Shown here: positions 40,584-51,371 of the stretch, piece by piece
How positions within the stretch are numbered: the stretch's first letter is position 1
How the letters are laid out: the number at the start of each line of letters is the position of its first letter
Source of the DNA: Arcobacteraceae bacterium
GTDB lineage: Bacteria; Campylobacterota; Campylobacteria; Campylobacterales; Arcobacteraceae
Length of the DNA: 64,000 nt
Reading direction: 5' to 3'
NCBI GenBank assembly: GCA_965224485.1
Contig: CBDCZH010000001.1
Location: 32,001 to 96,000 of the forward strand
Position numbers and translations under genes: made by a program
Notes under the pieces: model-generated
Told to the model about the DNA's origin: nothing
The model's database searches: none
Seen by the model: the letters and a program-made list of their open reading frames with translations, nothing else

Positions 40584-41636
40584 CTAGCCAAAAAATCTAT
40601 TAATATCATTGTAAATACCAAGAATCATAAGTGATCCTAATATTAGCCAACCAGCAATTGTTAAAAACATAAAAACTTTTTCACTTGGTTTTTTTCTTGT
40701 TATTATTTCATAAATATTAAACATAATATGTCCACCATCAAGGGCAGGAATTGGTAAAAGGTTTAGAACACCTAGGTTTACTGAGATTAAAGCTGTAATT
40801 GTAAGTAGGGCAATAATAGAAGACTGTGAAGCGTCTGAAATAACCTTACCAATAGTAATAACTCCACCAACTTCACTAGAAGGAATAACTCCAGAAATTA
40901 GTTTTTGAACACCTTTAAAAATTAAACTTGAGGACTCAATAGTTTTATCATAAGCATAAAGAAATGATTGTGATATAGATAAGTCAAGTTTGATTAAGAT
41001 TGGTGCTGGGGCAATTCCAATCATTCTTTTTTTAATTTTTTCTTTGAAAATATTTTGTGAGTCTGAAACTTTTGGTCTTATAACTTTAGCTTGAAGTTTA
41101 CCATCTCTTTTTATATAAAATTTTAATGCACCTTGAGTACTTGTTATATATTTTCCAATATCATTCCAAGTTTTAACCTCATGTTGGTTAATTCTTACAA
41201 TTTTATCATTTACTAATAATCCCGCTTTTTGTGCTGGTGAATTTTCAATAATCTTTCCAATTGTAGGACTTAGAGCTGTTGCTCCAATGTTTGCAATAAC
41301 AAAGTATAAAATTCCTGCTAATAAAAAGTTTGCAAAAGGACCTGCTAAAAGTATAATAATTCTTTGCCAAGGTTTTTTTGTATTATATGAATCATCACCA
41401 AGTTCTACTAAATTTGGTTTACTATCATCTTGACCTTTCATTTTTACATAACCACCTAAAGGGATTAATGAAAGTTGCCAAAGTGTATCTCCAAATTTTT
41501 TAGCAAAAATTTGTTTTCCAAAACCTATTGAAAAAACTTCTACTTTTACTTTAAAAAATCTAGCAGCGCTAAAGTGACCTAGTTCATGAAAAAAAACTAA
41601 AAATGATAAAACCAATAAAAATGTAATAGTACCCAA
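40584..41636 (-). CDS. rseP: RIP metalloprotease RseP
   Basis: HELGH, FSIGFG, PDZ domain, NLLPIPALDGG. Confidence 0.96.
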   Translation of the reverse strand: MGTITFLLVLSFLVFFHELGHFSAARFFKVKVEVFSIGFGKQIFAKKFGDTLWQLSLIPLGGYVKMKGQDDSKPNLVELGDDSYNTKKPWQRIIILLAGPFANFLLAGILYFVIANIGATALSPTIGKIIENSPAQKAGLLVNDKIVRINQHEVKTWNDIGKYITSTQGALKFYIKRDGKLQAKVIRPKVSDSQNIFKEKIKKRMIGIAPAPILIKLDLSISQSFLYAYDKTIESSSLIFKGVQKLISGVIPSSEVGGVITIGKVISDASQSSIIALLTITALISVNLGVLNLLPIPALDGGHIMFNIYEIITRKKPSEKVFMFLTIAGWLILGSLMILGIYNDINRFFG

Positions 41637-41652
41637 TGTAAATCTCCGATTT

Positions 41653-41710
41653 AAGTGAAAAGTGAAAAATGAATAGTTGAAATTTTAATTTTTCTTTTCA
41701 TCTTTTAGTT
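41653..41710. repeat. inverted heptamer repeat cluster (AAGTGAA-type)
   Basis: aagtgaa aagtgaa aaatgaa tagttga followed by degenerate complementary heptamers. Confidence 0.65.
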
Positions 41711-42250
41711 TTTGAAATAATCTCTTATATATTCATATCCTGAATATAGAGTTAAAAAAACTGCGAACCATAATAATTCAGCAGCATATGGCCAGTTCAT
41801 AATTAAAAAACCAATAGCTATCATTTGAACAACTGTTTTAGTTTTCCCGCTTAAAGAAGAAGCTATATCTTTGCCTTCAGCAACAGCAACTACTCTAAGA
41901 CCTGTTATAAAGAACTCTCTTGAAAGAATTAGAAAAATTGCCCAAACTGAGGCTCTATTAAGTGCTAATAGTCCCATAAAACCAGCTAACATTAACATCT
42001 TATCTGCAAGTGGGTCTAAAATACTTCCCATTTTTGTCATTTGATTCCAAGCTCTTGCTATAAAACCATCAAAAAAGTCTGTAACTGAAGCAATAACAAA
42101 AACTAATCCTGCAAAATAGTCCATCCAAGAAGGATGGAAACTTGCAAAAAGAGTATTGTTCCTATCAACTAAAAACCATAACATTAAAGGAGCTAGTGCT
42201 ATTCTTAAAACAGCTAGTAGATTTGGTAGATTTACTACTTTTTCTTTCAT
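41705..42250 (-). CDS. pgsA: CDP-diacylglycerol--glycerol-3-phosphate 3-phosphatidyltransferase
   Basis: NLPN, DFFDGFIAR...G..LDPLADK, GKTKT. Confidence 0.95.
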   Translation of the reverse strand: MKEKVVNLPNLLAVLRIALAPLMLWFLVDRNNTLFASFHPSWMDYFAGLVFVIASVTDFFDGFIARAWNQMTKMGSILDPLADKMLMLAGFMGLLALNRASVWAIFLILSREFFITGLRVVAVAEGKDIASSLSGKTKTVVQMIAIGFLIMNWPYAAELLWFAVFLTLYSGYEYIRDYFKN

Positions 42251-43026
42251 TATCTAAACGTTGTTCCACCATCTACTAATAGAGTCTGTGAAGTAACCCA
42301 AGATGCATCAGAAGTACATAAGAAATAACATGCACTAGCTAAATCATCAGGTTGACCAACTCTATTTAAAGCAGATAATTCAGCAGTTTTTTGCTTCACT
42401 TCTTCATAATTAGTAAATGCTTTTAAAGCATCAGTATCAATAGGACCACCTGAAACAGAATTTACTCTAATATTAAACTCACCTAATTCAGTTGCTGCAT
42501 ATTTAACCATAGTTTCAACAGCTGCTTTATTAGTACCATGACCTGCATAGTTTTCAATATAAACAAGATTTCCAGTAGAACTTAGTGAAACAATAGATCC
42601 ACCACCTGTTTTTTGCATTCTTTTAGCAGCTTGTTGAGCTCCACATACAAAAGCATTTACAGTTGCTGTATAAATATTATTAAGTCCTCTTGGTTTTAAA
42701 CGCATAAACTTACCATATCCACCAACAACAGCTCGACCATAAATCATTGCATTTGAGATGAAAAAATCAACTCTATCAAAGTCTTTATCAATTTCTAAAA
42801 AAACTTCTTTATATGTTTGTGGTTCTAAAATATTTAATGCATAACACTTACATTTTACCTTATATTTTTCTTCAACATCTTTACAGATTTCTTGAGCAAT
42901 CTCTTTATTTGAATTATAAGTAAAAGCAACATTTACACCATTTTGTGCAAACTTATAAACATTTGCTTTCCCTATTCCTTTAGTACCACCAGAAATAACT
43001 AGTGTTTTACCCTTCATATCAGACAT
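42250..43026 (-). CDS. SDR oxidoreductase (FabL/7-alpha-HSDH-like, annotated as enoyl-ACP reductase in relatives)
   Basis: SGGTKGIG, ISNA, HGTNK, VSGGPIDT; start moved to ATG at 43026 after ggaga RBS. Confidence 0.85.
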   Translation of the reverse strand: MSDMKGKTLVISGGTKGIGKANVYKFAQNGVNVAFTYNSNKEIAQEICKDVEEKYKVKCKCYALNILEPQTYKEVFLEIDKDFDRVDFFISNAMIYGRAVVGGYGKFMRLKPRGLNNIYTATVNAFVCGAQQAAKRMQKTGGGSIVSLSSTGNLVYIENYAGHGTNKAAVETMVKYAATELGEFNIRVNSVSGGPIDTDALKAFTNYEEVKQKTAELSALNRVGQPDDLASACYFLCTSDASWVTSQTLLVDGGTTFR

Positions 43027-43038
43027 ATTCTCTCCCAC

Positions 43039-43926
43039 TTATTTAATTATATTGTATTTTTGTATTACTTTTTCAAGTTTTTTCATTGTTTCAGCACTTG
43101 GAGCTGTTAGAGGTAATCTATATTCTAAAGTATCTAATAAACCTGCTAAATACATAGCTGCTTTAATAGGAACAGGATTTGCTTCTATAAAAAGTGTTTT
43201 ATTTAATTCATATAAATCATTATTTATCTCTCTCGCTTTATCATAATCGCCAGCCATTACACTATGAACTAATTGGCTTTTATAATTTGGTAAAAGATTT
43301 GAAGTTACTGAAATAATACCAGCTGCTCCATTTGCTAACATAGGAAAATCAATTGCATCATCTCCTGATATTACACAAAAATCTTTTCTTTGTGATAACA
43401 GTTCTACTGCACGCTCTAAAGAACCTGTTGCTTCTTTAATAGCATAAATATTTGATACATCATCAAATAATCTAATTGCTGTATTTGCTTCAATATCAAC
43501 ACCAGTTCGTCCAGGAACATTATAAAGCATAAAAGGAATCTCAACTGCTGATGCAATTGCTTTATAATGTTGATATAAACCTTCTTGTGTAGGTTTATTA
43601 TAATAAGGAGCAACAGATAATAAACCATGAGCACCAACATTTTGAGCGTGTTGAGCTATTTCTATTGCTTCTTTAGTTGCATTAGAACCAGCACCAGCAA
43701 TTACTTTTACATTCGTACCCTTACAAGTAGCAACTGCAATTTCTATACACTCTTTATGTTCAGGGTGAGTTAAAGTAGCACTTTCACCAGTTGTTCCAAC
43801 AGGAACTACTGCATCCATACCTTGTTGGATTTGTCGTTTTATTAGTGACTCATAAGCTTGTGTATCAATTTTACCATTTTTAAAAGGTGTAATTAATGCT
43901 GTCATTGCTCCAGTTATGTTGTTCAT
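43039..43926 (-). CDS. dapA: 4-hydroxy-tetrahydrodipicolinate synthase
   Basis: [31 protein letters not shown]. Confidence 0.97.
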   Translation of the reverse strand: MNNITGAMTALITPFKNGKIDTQAYESLIKRQIQQGMDAVVPVGTTGESATLTHPEHKECIEIAVATCKGTNVKVIAGAGSNATKEAIEIAQHAQNVGAHGLLSVAPYYNKPTQEGLYQHYKAIASAVEIPFMLYNVPGRTGVDIEANTAIRLFDDVSNIYAIKEATGSLERAVELLSQRKDFCVISGDDAIDFPMLANGAAGIISVTSNLLPNYKSQLVHSVMAGDYDKAREINNDLYELNKTLFIEANPVPIKAAMYLAGLLDTLEYRLPLTAPSAETMKKLEKVIQKYNIIK

Positions 43927-43957
43927 GTTTTTCCTTGTGCTTTTTTATAGTTAATAT

Positions 43958-45283
43958 TTATTTTTTTTTCTTTAAAATTACTGTTGTTGAGTTATCTTCT
44001 ATTAAATATTTATTAGCTACTTTTATTATGTCTTTTAATTTTATTTTTTCTATATCTTCTTCATAAGAAAATAAAGGTTTAATATTTCCACGTACAAGAT
44101 ATGAACCGTAAAGATTTGCTAAAGAAGTTGAACTTTCTAAAGAAAAAACAAAATCAGCTTTTGTATTTATCTTTATTTTAGCCAAGTCTTTATTAGAAAT
44201 CTTAGCTTCTTTTACATCTTTTATAATTTTCAAGAACTCTTTTTCAACATCTTTTGCTTTAACACCTTCATTACAAACAGCTAAAAACATAAAAACACCT
44301 GGATCTTTAAGTTCCATATTATAAGCATAAACAGAGTTTACAAGTTTTTTCTCATCAACTAGAACTTTATGTAAAAGTGAACTTTTACCAGAACTTAATA
44401 ATTCAGATAAAGCAGATAAAGCAACTTGATCTTTATGTTCAAAATTAGGGATATGATAAGTAATAGCTATCATTTGCACGCTTGAGTCTTTATGAATAAT
44501 TACTCTTTTAGCCCCATCTTGCTTAGGTTCTATTGTATGAATCTTTTCTATTATTTCTTTTTTATTTTTAATGTCTTTAAAGTATTTTTCACTAGCTTCA
44601 AAAACTTTTTCTTTAGTAATATCACCAGTTACTAGAACAATTGCATTTTTTGGTTGATAATACGTTTCATGGAAATCCCTAATATCTTCAATTTTCCAGT
44701 TTTGTATATCTTCCATAAATCCAATAGGAGTCCAATGGTAAGGATGATAAGCATAAGCATAGTTAAAAAGTTTAAAATATAAATATCCTGTAGGATTATT
44801 ATCTGTTCTCCATCGTCTCTCTTCAGTTACCACATCACGTTCTGGTTGAAACTCTTCATCTTTTAGTGTTAAGTTCTCCATAAGTTCAGAAAATAACTCT
44901 AAAGATTTATCCATATTTTTAGAGCTTGATTTGATGTAATAATGTGTATAGTCAAAAGAAGTAGAAGCATTATTAACTCCTCCAAAACCTTTTACTATTT
45001 CATCAAATTCACCAGCTTTTAATTTCTTAGTTGATTTAAAATTTAAATGCTCTAACATATGGGCAATTCCACTTTTTCCCATAACTTCATTTCTTGAACC
45101 AACTTTATAAAAAATATCAGTTGAAATTACATTTGTATCATTTTCCATAGGAATGGCAACTATTTGTAAACCATTTTCTAAGGTTTTAGTATAATATTTT
45201 GGTAAGCTACTGCTCATTAAATCCCCTGTTAATAAAGTGAAAAGTGAAAAGTGAAAAGTGAACAATGCCACTTTTCTTATCAT
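43958..45283 (-). CDS. M16 (pitrilysin-family) zinc peptidase; start uncertain (45283 or 45217)
   Basis: inverted zincin HMLEH, NASTSFDYT, ERDVV.EERR. Confidence 0.92.
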   Translation of the reverse strand: MIRKVALFTFHFSLFTLLTGDLMSSSLPKYYTKTLENGLQIVAIPMENDTNVISTDIFYKVGSRNEVMGKSGIAHMLEHLNFKSTKKLKAGEFDEIVKGFGGVNNASTSFDYTHYYIKSSSKNMDKSLELFSELMENLTLKDEEFQPERDVVTEERRWRTDNNPTGYLYFKLFNYAYAYHPYHWTPIGFMEDIQNWKIEDIRDFHETYYQPKNAIVLVTGDITKEKVFEASEKYFKDIKNKKEIIEKIHTIEPKQDGAKRVIIHKDSSVQMIAITYHIPNFEHKDQVALSALSELLSSGKSSLLHKVLVDEKKLVNSVYAYNMELKDPGVFMFLAVCNEGVKAKDVEKEFLKIIKDVKEAKISNKDLAKIKINTKADFVFSLESSTSLANLYGSYLVRGNIKPLFSYEEDIEKIKLKDIIKVANKYLIEDNSTTVILKKKK

Positions 45284-45331
45284 TTTTCTTAAATATTTTA
45301 ATTTTTCACTTTTCATTTTTAATTTTTCACT
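45235..45331. repeat. inverted heptamer repeat cluster
   Basis: (AAGTGAA)x4 at 45235-45262 facing ttttaat-ttttcac-ttttcat-ttttaat-ttttcac at 45296-45330. Confidence 0.8.
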
Positions 45332-46388
45332 TTCTTAAGTCTTCACCAATTGCTTGGTTAATATTTGTATATCCGTCTTCTTTTAATAATTCAATTAGAC
45401 CTTCATTTATATTTTTAACCATTGAAGGGCCTTCAAAAATCATTCCTGAATAAGCTTGAACTAAAGAAGCTCCAGCTTTTATTCTTTTATATGCTTCTTT
45501 TGCATCGCTTATTCCACCAACTGAAATCAGTATAGTTTTTCCATATAACTCTTTGGCTAATTCTTTAAATAGTTCATATGATTTTTCTTTTAAACACTCA
45601 CCACTTAAACCACCAAAATCTTGTGCGTTATTAACTAAAGAATAATCAATAGTAGTATTCGTAGCAATAATCCCAGCAGCTCCTGCTTTTATAGCTGTTT
45701 TACATAAGTCCACAGCAGTTTTAGATTCCATATCTGGGGCTATTTTTAATAAAATTGGTTTTTTAGTAATCTTTTTTGCCATAACAAATAGTTCAGTAAT
45801 AAAGTCTTCATTTTGCAAATCTCTTAAATTAGGAGTATTTGGGCTTGAAATATTTATTACTAAATAATCACTTATATCTTTAAATCTATTTATTAAAATT
45901 TTATAATCACTTAAGGCAAACTCTTCAGGAGTTGTTTTATTCTTTCCTACATTTGCTCCAACAGGAATACAAAATGGAAATACCTTTCTTAAGTTTTTAG
46001 CAACTGCATATGAACCTTGGTTATTAAACCCCATAGCATTTTGAATAGATTTTTCACTTGGATATCTAAACATTCTAGGTTTAGGATTTCCCTCTTGTTC
46101 TTTAGGTGTCATTGTTCCAATTTCTGTATATCCAAAACCAAGTGCAGGCATAGCTTTAATCATAGTCGCATTTTTATCAAAACCAGCAGCAAGTCCCACA
46201 GGGTTTTCAAAAGTAATATTAAATAACTCTTGTTTTAAATAAGAGCTAGTAATAAAATTTCTTTTAATCATTTTATTATTTATTACTCTTAAACACGGTA
46301 GGGCTTTTAATGCATACTCACTAAGATTATGAGCAGTTTCAGGATTAAATAAAAATAGTATCTTTTTCAAATTTGAATAATTAAACAA
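45327..46388 (-). CDS. pyrD: quinone-dependent dihydroorotate dehydrogenase
   Basis: PETAH, GLAAGFDK, NAMGFNN, NISSPNTP, GGLSG. Confidence 0.97.
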   Translation of the reverse strand: MFNYSNLKKILFLFNPETAHNLSEYALKALPCLRVINNKMIKRNFITSSYLKQELFNITFENPVGLAAGFDKNATMIKAMPALGFGYTEIGTMTPKEQEGNPKPRMFRYPSEKSIQNAMGFNNQGSYAVAKNLRKVFPFCIPVGANVGKNKTTPEEFALSDYKILINRFKDISDYLVINISSPNTPNLRDLQNEDFITELFVMAKKITKKPILLKIAPDMESKTAVDLCKTAIKAGAAGIIATNTTIDYSLVNNAQDFGGLSGECLKEKSYELFKELAKELYGKTILISVGGISDAKEAYKRIKAGASLVQAYSGMIFEGPSMVKNINEGLIELLKEDGYTNINQAIGEDLRK

Positions 46389-46459
46389 GTTTCACCTTTA
46401 GTAAAATTTTGATATTTTATCTAAAATATAGTAAATATACATTTAGATAAGTTTTTATT

Positions 46460-48169
46460 TTAAATATTTGCTGAATTATGCAAACGTTTATACTCTGTAC
46501 AGGTTTCTAAAAGTTCTTTTTCATTACCTAAACAAACAATTTTTCCAGCTTTAAAAACTGCTATTTTATCAGCATTTCTAATAGTACTTAATCTATGTGC
46601 TATTACAAAGGTGATTCTATTTTTTGATATCTCATCTATTACTTCTGTAATAATCGATTCACTTTCATTGTCTAATGCTGATGTTGCTTCATCAAGAATT
46701 AAAATTTGTGGGTTTTTATATAAAGCTCTTGCAATTGCAATTCTTTGTCTCTGCCCTCCTGAAAGATTTGTTCCAAACTCATCTAAAATAGTATTAATTC
46801 CATTCTCTAAGCTTTGAATAAAAGTATAAGCATGAGCTTGTTTTAAAGCTGTTATTACTTTACTCTCATCAAACTCTTGTCCATAAGAGATATTATTTGC
46901 AACACTATCATTGAAAATATAAACTCTTTGAGTAACAACAGAAATATTGTTTCTTAAAGATGGAATATCTATATTTTTTAAATTCTGTTCATTTACTAAA
47001 ATATTTCCAGAATTAGTATCGTAAAATCTAATTATTAAATTTATTAAAGAAGATTTTCCTCCTCCACTATCTCCAACAAGAGCAATTTTTTCACCCTTGC
47101 TTACTTTTAAATTAATCTTATCAAGAGCTGTTACGTCATCATATTTTAAACTAACATCTTTAAATTCAATTGTTTGAATATCTTTAGGAAAAGCCTCTTT
47201 TCCTGTAAGAATATTAGCTTTTGTATGTAATAAATCATTTACTCTTTCATTTGCAGCTAAGGCACTTTGCATTTTATTATATAAAGAAGATAGTTTTTTC
47301 AAAGGAGTATATAACATAAATAAAGCTGTCATAAATGAGAAAAATGAACCAACAGACAGATCTCCATCAATTACTTGCTGACCTCCGTAAATAATAACAA
47401 TAGCAACAGCAAAAGATCCTAATATCTCCATAATAGGGGATACTAATTCATTTGTTTTAACAGCTTTTATTGAAATATTAAAAAATTTTTGATTATGGTC
47501 TTTAAACTTTGAAGTCTCTAAATACTCTGTTGAGTTTGCTTTAATTATCTCTATATTGTTAAATGTTTCACTTAAATGAGAAGTAATATCTGAAATAGAT
47601 TCTTGTGATTTAAAAGATAGCTTTTTCATCTTTTTAGCCAAAACTGTTAAAGGGTAAATAGCTAAAGGAAGTACAACTAAACCAAAAAAAGCAAGTTGTG
47701 GACTTTGATAAATAACCATAATAACAAGAGCAATAATAGTCATAGAATCTCTAATAAATTCTGCTATTTGGCTAGATACAGCTGATTGAATTTTGTTTAT
47801 ATCATTTGTAATTCTAGAAATTAACTCTCCACCATGTTTTTTCTGAAAAAAATCTATATCCAATGTAAGAGTATGAGCTAATAAAGAATCTCTTACTTTT
47901 CTAATAATATCTTGTCCTATATATGAAATATAATATGCTTGTATATATTTACCAAAACCCTTAGCAGAGTATAGGGCTATTACCATTAAAGGCAAAAGGT
48001 GTAACATGTTTTCGTCTTTTGCTATAAAAATATCATCTAATAAGGGTTTAATCACATAAGCAGTTCCGGCCGTTCCACCTGCTACTAAAACCATTCCTAT
48101 AAAAGCATAAGAAAACTTTAATTTATAATTTTTATAATAAGGTATATATTGTTTAAAAAAATCTAACAT
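46460..48169 (-). CDS. msbA: lipid A ABC exporter (permease + ATPase)
   Basis: 6 TM + GDSGGGKS, LSGGQRQR, DEATSALD; conserved position next to pyrD. Confidence 0.85.
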   Translation of the reverse strand: MLDFFKQYIPYYKNYKLKFSYAFIGMVLVAGGTAGTAYVIKPLLDDIFIAKDENMLHLLPLMVIALYSAKGFGKYIQAYYISYIGQDIIRKVRDSLLAHTLTLDIDFFQKKHGGELISRITNDINKIQSAVSSQIAEFIRDSMTIIALVIMVIYQSPQLAFFGLVVLPLAIYPLTVLAKKMKKLSFKSQESISDITSHLSETFNNIEIIKANSTEYLETSKFKDHNQKFFNISIKAVKTNELVSPIMEILGSFAVAIVIIYGGQQVIDGDLSVGSFFSFMTALFMLYTPLKKLSSLYNKMQSALAANERVNDLLHTKANILTGKEAFPKDIQTIEFKDVSLKYDDVTALDKINLKVSKGEKIALVGDSGGGKSSLINLIIRFYDTNSGNILVNEQNLKNIDIPSLRNNISVVTQRVYIFNDSVANNISYGQEFDESKVITALKQAHAYTFIQSLENGINTILDEFGTNLSGGQRQRIAIARALYKNPQILILDEATSALDNESESIITEVIDEISKNRITFVIAHRLSTIRNADKIAVFKAGKIVCLGNEKELLETCTEYKRLHNSANI

Positions 48170-48263
48170 TGAAATCCTAAAGTATGTTTATCTTAAGATA
48201 TAGATTATATCTAAATATTACTAAAAGCATATTTTAGGTTTTTTTATTTTACGTTAAACATCT

Positions 48264-49118
48264 TTATATAAAAGAATTTATCATTAATAAAATCATAGAA
48301 AATAATAAGTAAGAGTTAATAAGCATAAAGTTCATTAAGTACTTATGGTTTTTTCTTAATAAAAAAATAAAAACAACAGTAATTACATTTAAAATAAGTA
48401 ATAAAACTAATAAATATATAGGAAGAGGATAGAACACTAAAATCATAAACATTCCACAAATTACTGTTAATAATAACCATATAGAAGTAATGCGCTCTAG
48501 TCCTTCAACTCCAAATCTATCAATTACTGTAGGAAACTTAGCCTTTTTATACTGCTTATGATATTTAAGTGTTAAAAGCCAAAAATGAGGAATCTGCCAT
48601 ACAAAATAAAATAAAGCAATAGCTTGAAATCGTATATCATATATTTCTCCTCCTGCACTAACCCAACCAATTAAGGGTGGAATTACTCCTAAAACTGCTC
48701 CATAAACAGCTGCATAAATAGTTGTTTTTTTAGCATTTGTATAAAAAACATTGTATAAAATTACAACTAAAGCAAATAGGGCTAAACCAAAATAACTATT
48801 TGAGATATAGATTAAAGCAAATGCTAAAAATATCAATATAAAAGATATTACAGCTCCTTGTGTTGCAGTTACTCTCTTAGAAGCTATTGGTCTATTTTGT
48901 GTTCTTATCATTAAGGCATCTTCTTTATACTCTTGGACTTGATTTAAGCAAGAAACACCTAAAGCTAATAATAAAACAGCTAAAAAAGGAATAAATGAAT
49001 CTTTATTTAACTCTTGTGCATATAAAACAAAAGTAAACAAACAAGACAAACTAACTGCAAAAGATAGTTTGAACTTAGTTAAAATAAAAAAATCATTTAT
49101 GCTTATAATTTTTGTCAT
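48264..49118 (-). CDS. ctaB: protoheme IX farnesyltransferase (heme O synthase)
   Basis: LNQ..E...D..M.RT.NRP, YN.FYT, PPLIGW, WQIPHFW. Confidence 0.9.
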   Translation of the reverse strand: MTKIISINDFFILTKFKLSFAVSLSCLFTFVLYAQELNKDSFIPFLAVLLLALGVSCLNQVQEYKEDALMIRTQNRPIASKRVTATQGAVISFILIFLAFALIYISNSYFGLALFALVVILYNVFYTNAKKTTIYAAVYGAVLGVIPPLIGWVSAGGEIYDIRFQAIALFYFVWQIPHFWLLTLKYHKQYKKAKFPTVIDRFGVEGLERITSIWLLLTVICGMFMILVFYPLPIYLLVLLLILNVITVVFIFLLRKNHKYLMNFMLINSYLLFSMILLMINSFI

Positions 49119-49121
49119 TTT

Positions 49122-50390
49122 TTACTCCTTTTTATCTTTCATATCTAGTGTTTTTATATATTCAATTATTGCATCAACTTCTTCTTTGTTTAAAACATCT
49201 TTAAAAGCTGGCATCATATTTATATATCCCTCAACAATTTCATCTGCTGGGTTTAAAATGGCATTTATTATATATTTTTCATCTGCAATTATTTTTATAA
49301 TATTTCCATCTTTTTTTATTTTTGTTTCTCTATTAAAAAGATTTTTAAAACTAGGTCCTACTATTTTACTTCCATCAATACTATGACAACCAATACATCC
49401 ATTATTATTTAGAAGATCTTCTGCATTAATTTTAGATTTCTGTATAGTCTTTTTGCCTGTAAAATAATCAAGTACGATTTGAAGATCATCATTTGATATA
49501 ACATCTTTAAATCCTGGCATTAAATTTGCACTATAAGTTTCAACTATCTCTTTATTTGGATATAAAATTGCATTTTTTAGATATAACTCATCTCTTTTAA
49601 CAGTTTTACTAATACCATTTACTGTAATTTTCACCTCTTTATTATAAAGGTCTTTGAATCCTGGCCCAACTAACACAGTAGAATCTAAACTATGACAGCC
49701 TGTACAGCCTAAGTTTTGCATGATTTCTATAGCACTTGTTTTTGAAGAAGTATCTTTTTTAGCTTTTGGTTCTAACCAAGATATATAATCTTCTTGTGAA
49801 AGCACCTTTACAGAAGAGGTCATATATGAGTGTCTAGTTCCACAATACTCAGCACATAAAATATCATATGTACCTAAGGTAGTTGCATTAAACCAAAGTT
49901 TTGTTATTAATCCTGGAACAATATCTTCTTTTGCTCTAAAAGCTGGTACGAAAAAACTATGAAGAACATCATTTTCAGGTGCAGTCATTCTTAGCTTAAT
50001 ATCTTTATTTATAGGAACAATAAGTTTATTCGATTTTTTACCATTTTCATATTCAAAAGTCCAGAACCATCGTTGTGCTGTTACTTTTATATTTACAGCC
50101 ATATCATCTTTAGGCATGGTTCGCTGAACTCTTAAAGAGTCTAAACCATAATAAAATATAATACCCATCAAAATAGTTGGAATTATAGTCCAAGCTATTT
50201 CTAAAGGAGTATGATGTTTTATGTTTTTAGTATCTTCTCTTTTATGTTTGCTTTCTTGATACTTAAATACAAAATAAAGCATTGCTCCAATAGTTACTAC
50301 AAATAAAAATAAAGTTATAAGTGTTACAACTATAAAAGCCTGGTCTACATCTTGCGCATATGTTGATACGCCTTTAATTCCTTCTAACAT
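49122..50390 (-). CDS. coxB: cytochrome c oxidase subunit II with two fused cytochrome c domains
   Basis: LEIAWT, DVLHSF, CuA CAEYCGTRHSYM, CTGCH and CIGCH; start at 50390 after aaggag RBS. Confidence 0.93.
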   Translation of the reverse strand: MLEGIKGVSTYAQDVDQAFIVVTLITLFLFVVTIGAMLYFVFKYQESKHKREDTKNIKHHTPLEIAWTIIPTILMGIIFYYGLDSLRVQRTMPKDDMAVNIKVTAQRWFWTFEYENGKKSNKLIVPINKDIKLRMTAPENDVLHSFFVPAFRAKEDIVPGLITKLWFNATTLGTYDILCAEYCGTRHSYMTSSVKVLSQEDYISWLEPKAKKDTSSKTSAIEIMQNLGCTGCHSLDSTVLVGPGFKDLYNKEVKITVNGISKTVKRDELYLKNAILYPNKEIVETYSANLMPGFKDVISNDDLQIVLDYFTGKKTIQKSKINAEDLLNNNGCIGCHSIDGSKIVGPSFKNLFNRETKIKKDGNIIKIIADEKYIINAILNPADEIVEGYINMMPAFKDVLNKEEVDAIIEYIKTLDMKDKKE

Positions 50391-50391
50391 A

Positions 50392-50706
50392 TCAATCTCC
50401 TTGAAATAAATCAAATGTTTCATTTCTAAAAATAGCATCACTAGCAGTTATTATAAAAAATATTGCTAAAGTTCCTAGTGCCATTAAAACTATTAATTTA
50501 AAAAGTTTTGATTCATATTTTAAGTGCATATAATAAGAACCTATTAGAACTGTTTTTATACAAGCTATGAACATTTGTACCCATAAAGTATTACTAAGTT
50601 CCATACTTAATAAATATGGTTGTATAAATGTAAGTGATGTTAATAAAAACAAAGCTACAAAAACTTTTAAATATATCTCTTTTGTTAAATGTGTTGAAGC
50701 TTGCAT
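50392..50706 (-). CDS. coxD: cytochrome c oxidase subunit IV family
   Basis: three TM segments, K..L...YYMHLKYE. Confidence 0.85.
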   Translation of the reverse strand: MQASTHLTKEIYLKVFVALFLLTSLTFIQPYLLSMELSNTLWVQMFIACIKTVLIGSYYMHLKYESKLFKLIVLMALGTLAIFFIITASDAIFRNETFDLFQGD

Positions 50707-50707
50707 C

Positions 50708-51371
50708 TTAGGCTCCTATACCAATAATATAAAATAATGGGAATAAAAATACCCAGACCATATGTACTAAATCCCAATATAAACAGATATTTTCTAAAAT
50801 AACATATGACTCTTTGTTCACTGTTTCTTTTTTAATTAAAAACAAAACCCATAACATTAAAAAAATACCTATGATAATGTGAACACCATGTAGACCAGTC
50901 ATTGTAAAATAAAGTCCAAAAAATAGTATTTCTCCATTTGTTTGTGTATTTAATAAAACGGAATCAGGATAAATACCATGATTAATTTCTGCCATCCATT
51001 CAAAATATTTTACAAGTAAAAAAAACAGAGGCTAAAACTATAGTTATATATATTTTATTTTTAGCTTGTTGTTTTTCATCATTTTTTAAGTGCAATAAGG
51101 ACATACCCATAAAATATGTTGAGAAAAGTAAGATAAAGGTATTTATACCTCCTAAATATATATTAAGAGTTGTTGATGCTTTTACAAAATCACTAGTATT
51201 TGCATAAAAGAAAAACGTATAAACTAAAAACATTGTTCCAAATAACATAAGTTCTGTAAATAAAAATAGCCAAAAACCAAGTTTTGAACCTGTATAGTCA
51301 TTGTTAAAATCAACTATTTCATGCTCTTTGCCATTTTTATCTAAAATTGTTTCAGGAGTTATATTAGTCAT
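50708..51371 (-). pseudogene. coxC: cytochrome c oxidase subunit III, split by +1 frameshift in a T8 tract
   Basis: 5' part LGFWLFLFTELMLFG, 3' part MTGLHGVH...LYWDLV; removing one T at 51018-51025 gives ASVFLLVKYFEWMAE in one frame. Confidence 0.88.
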
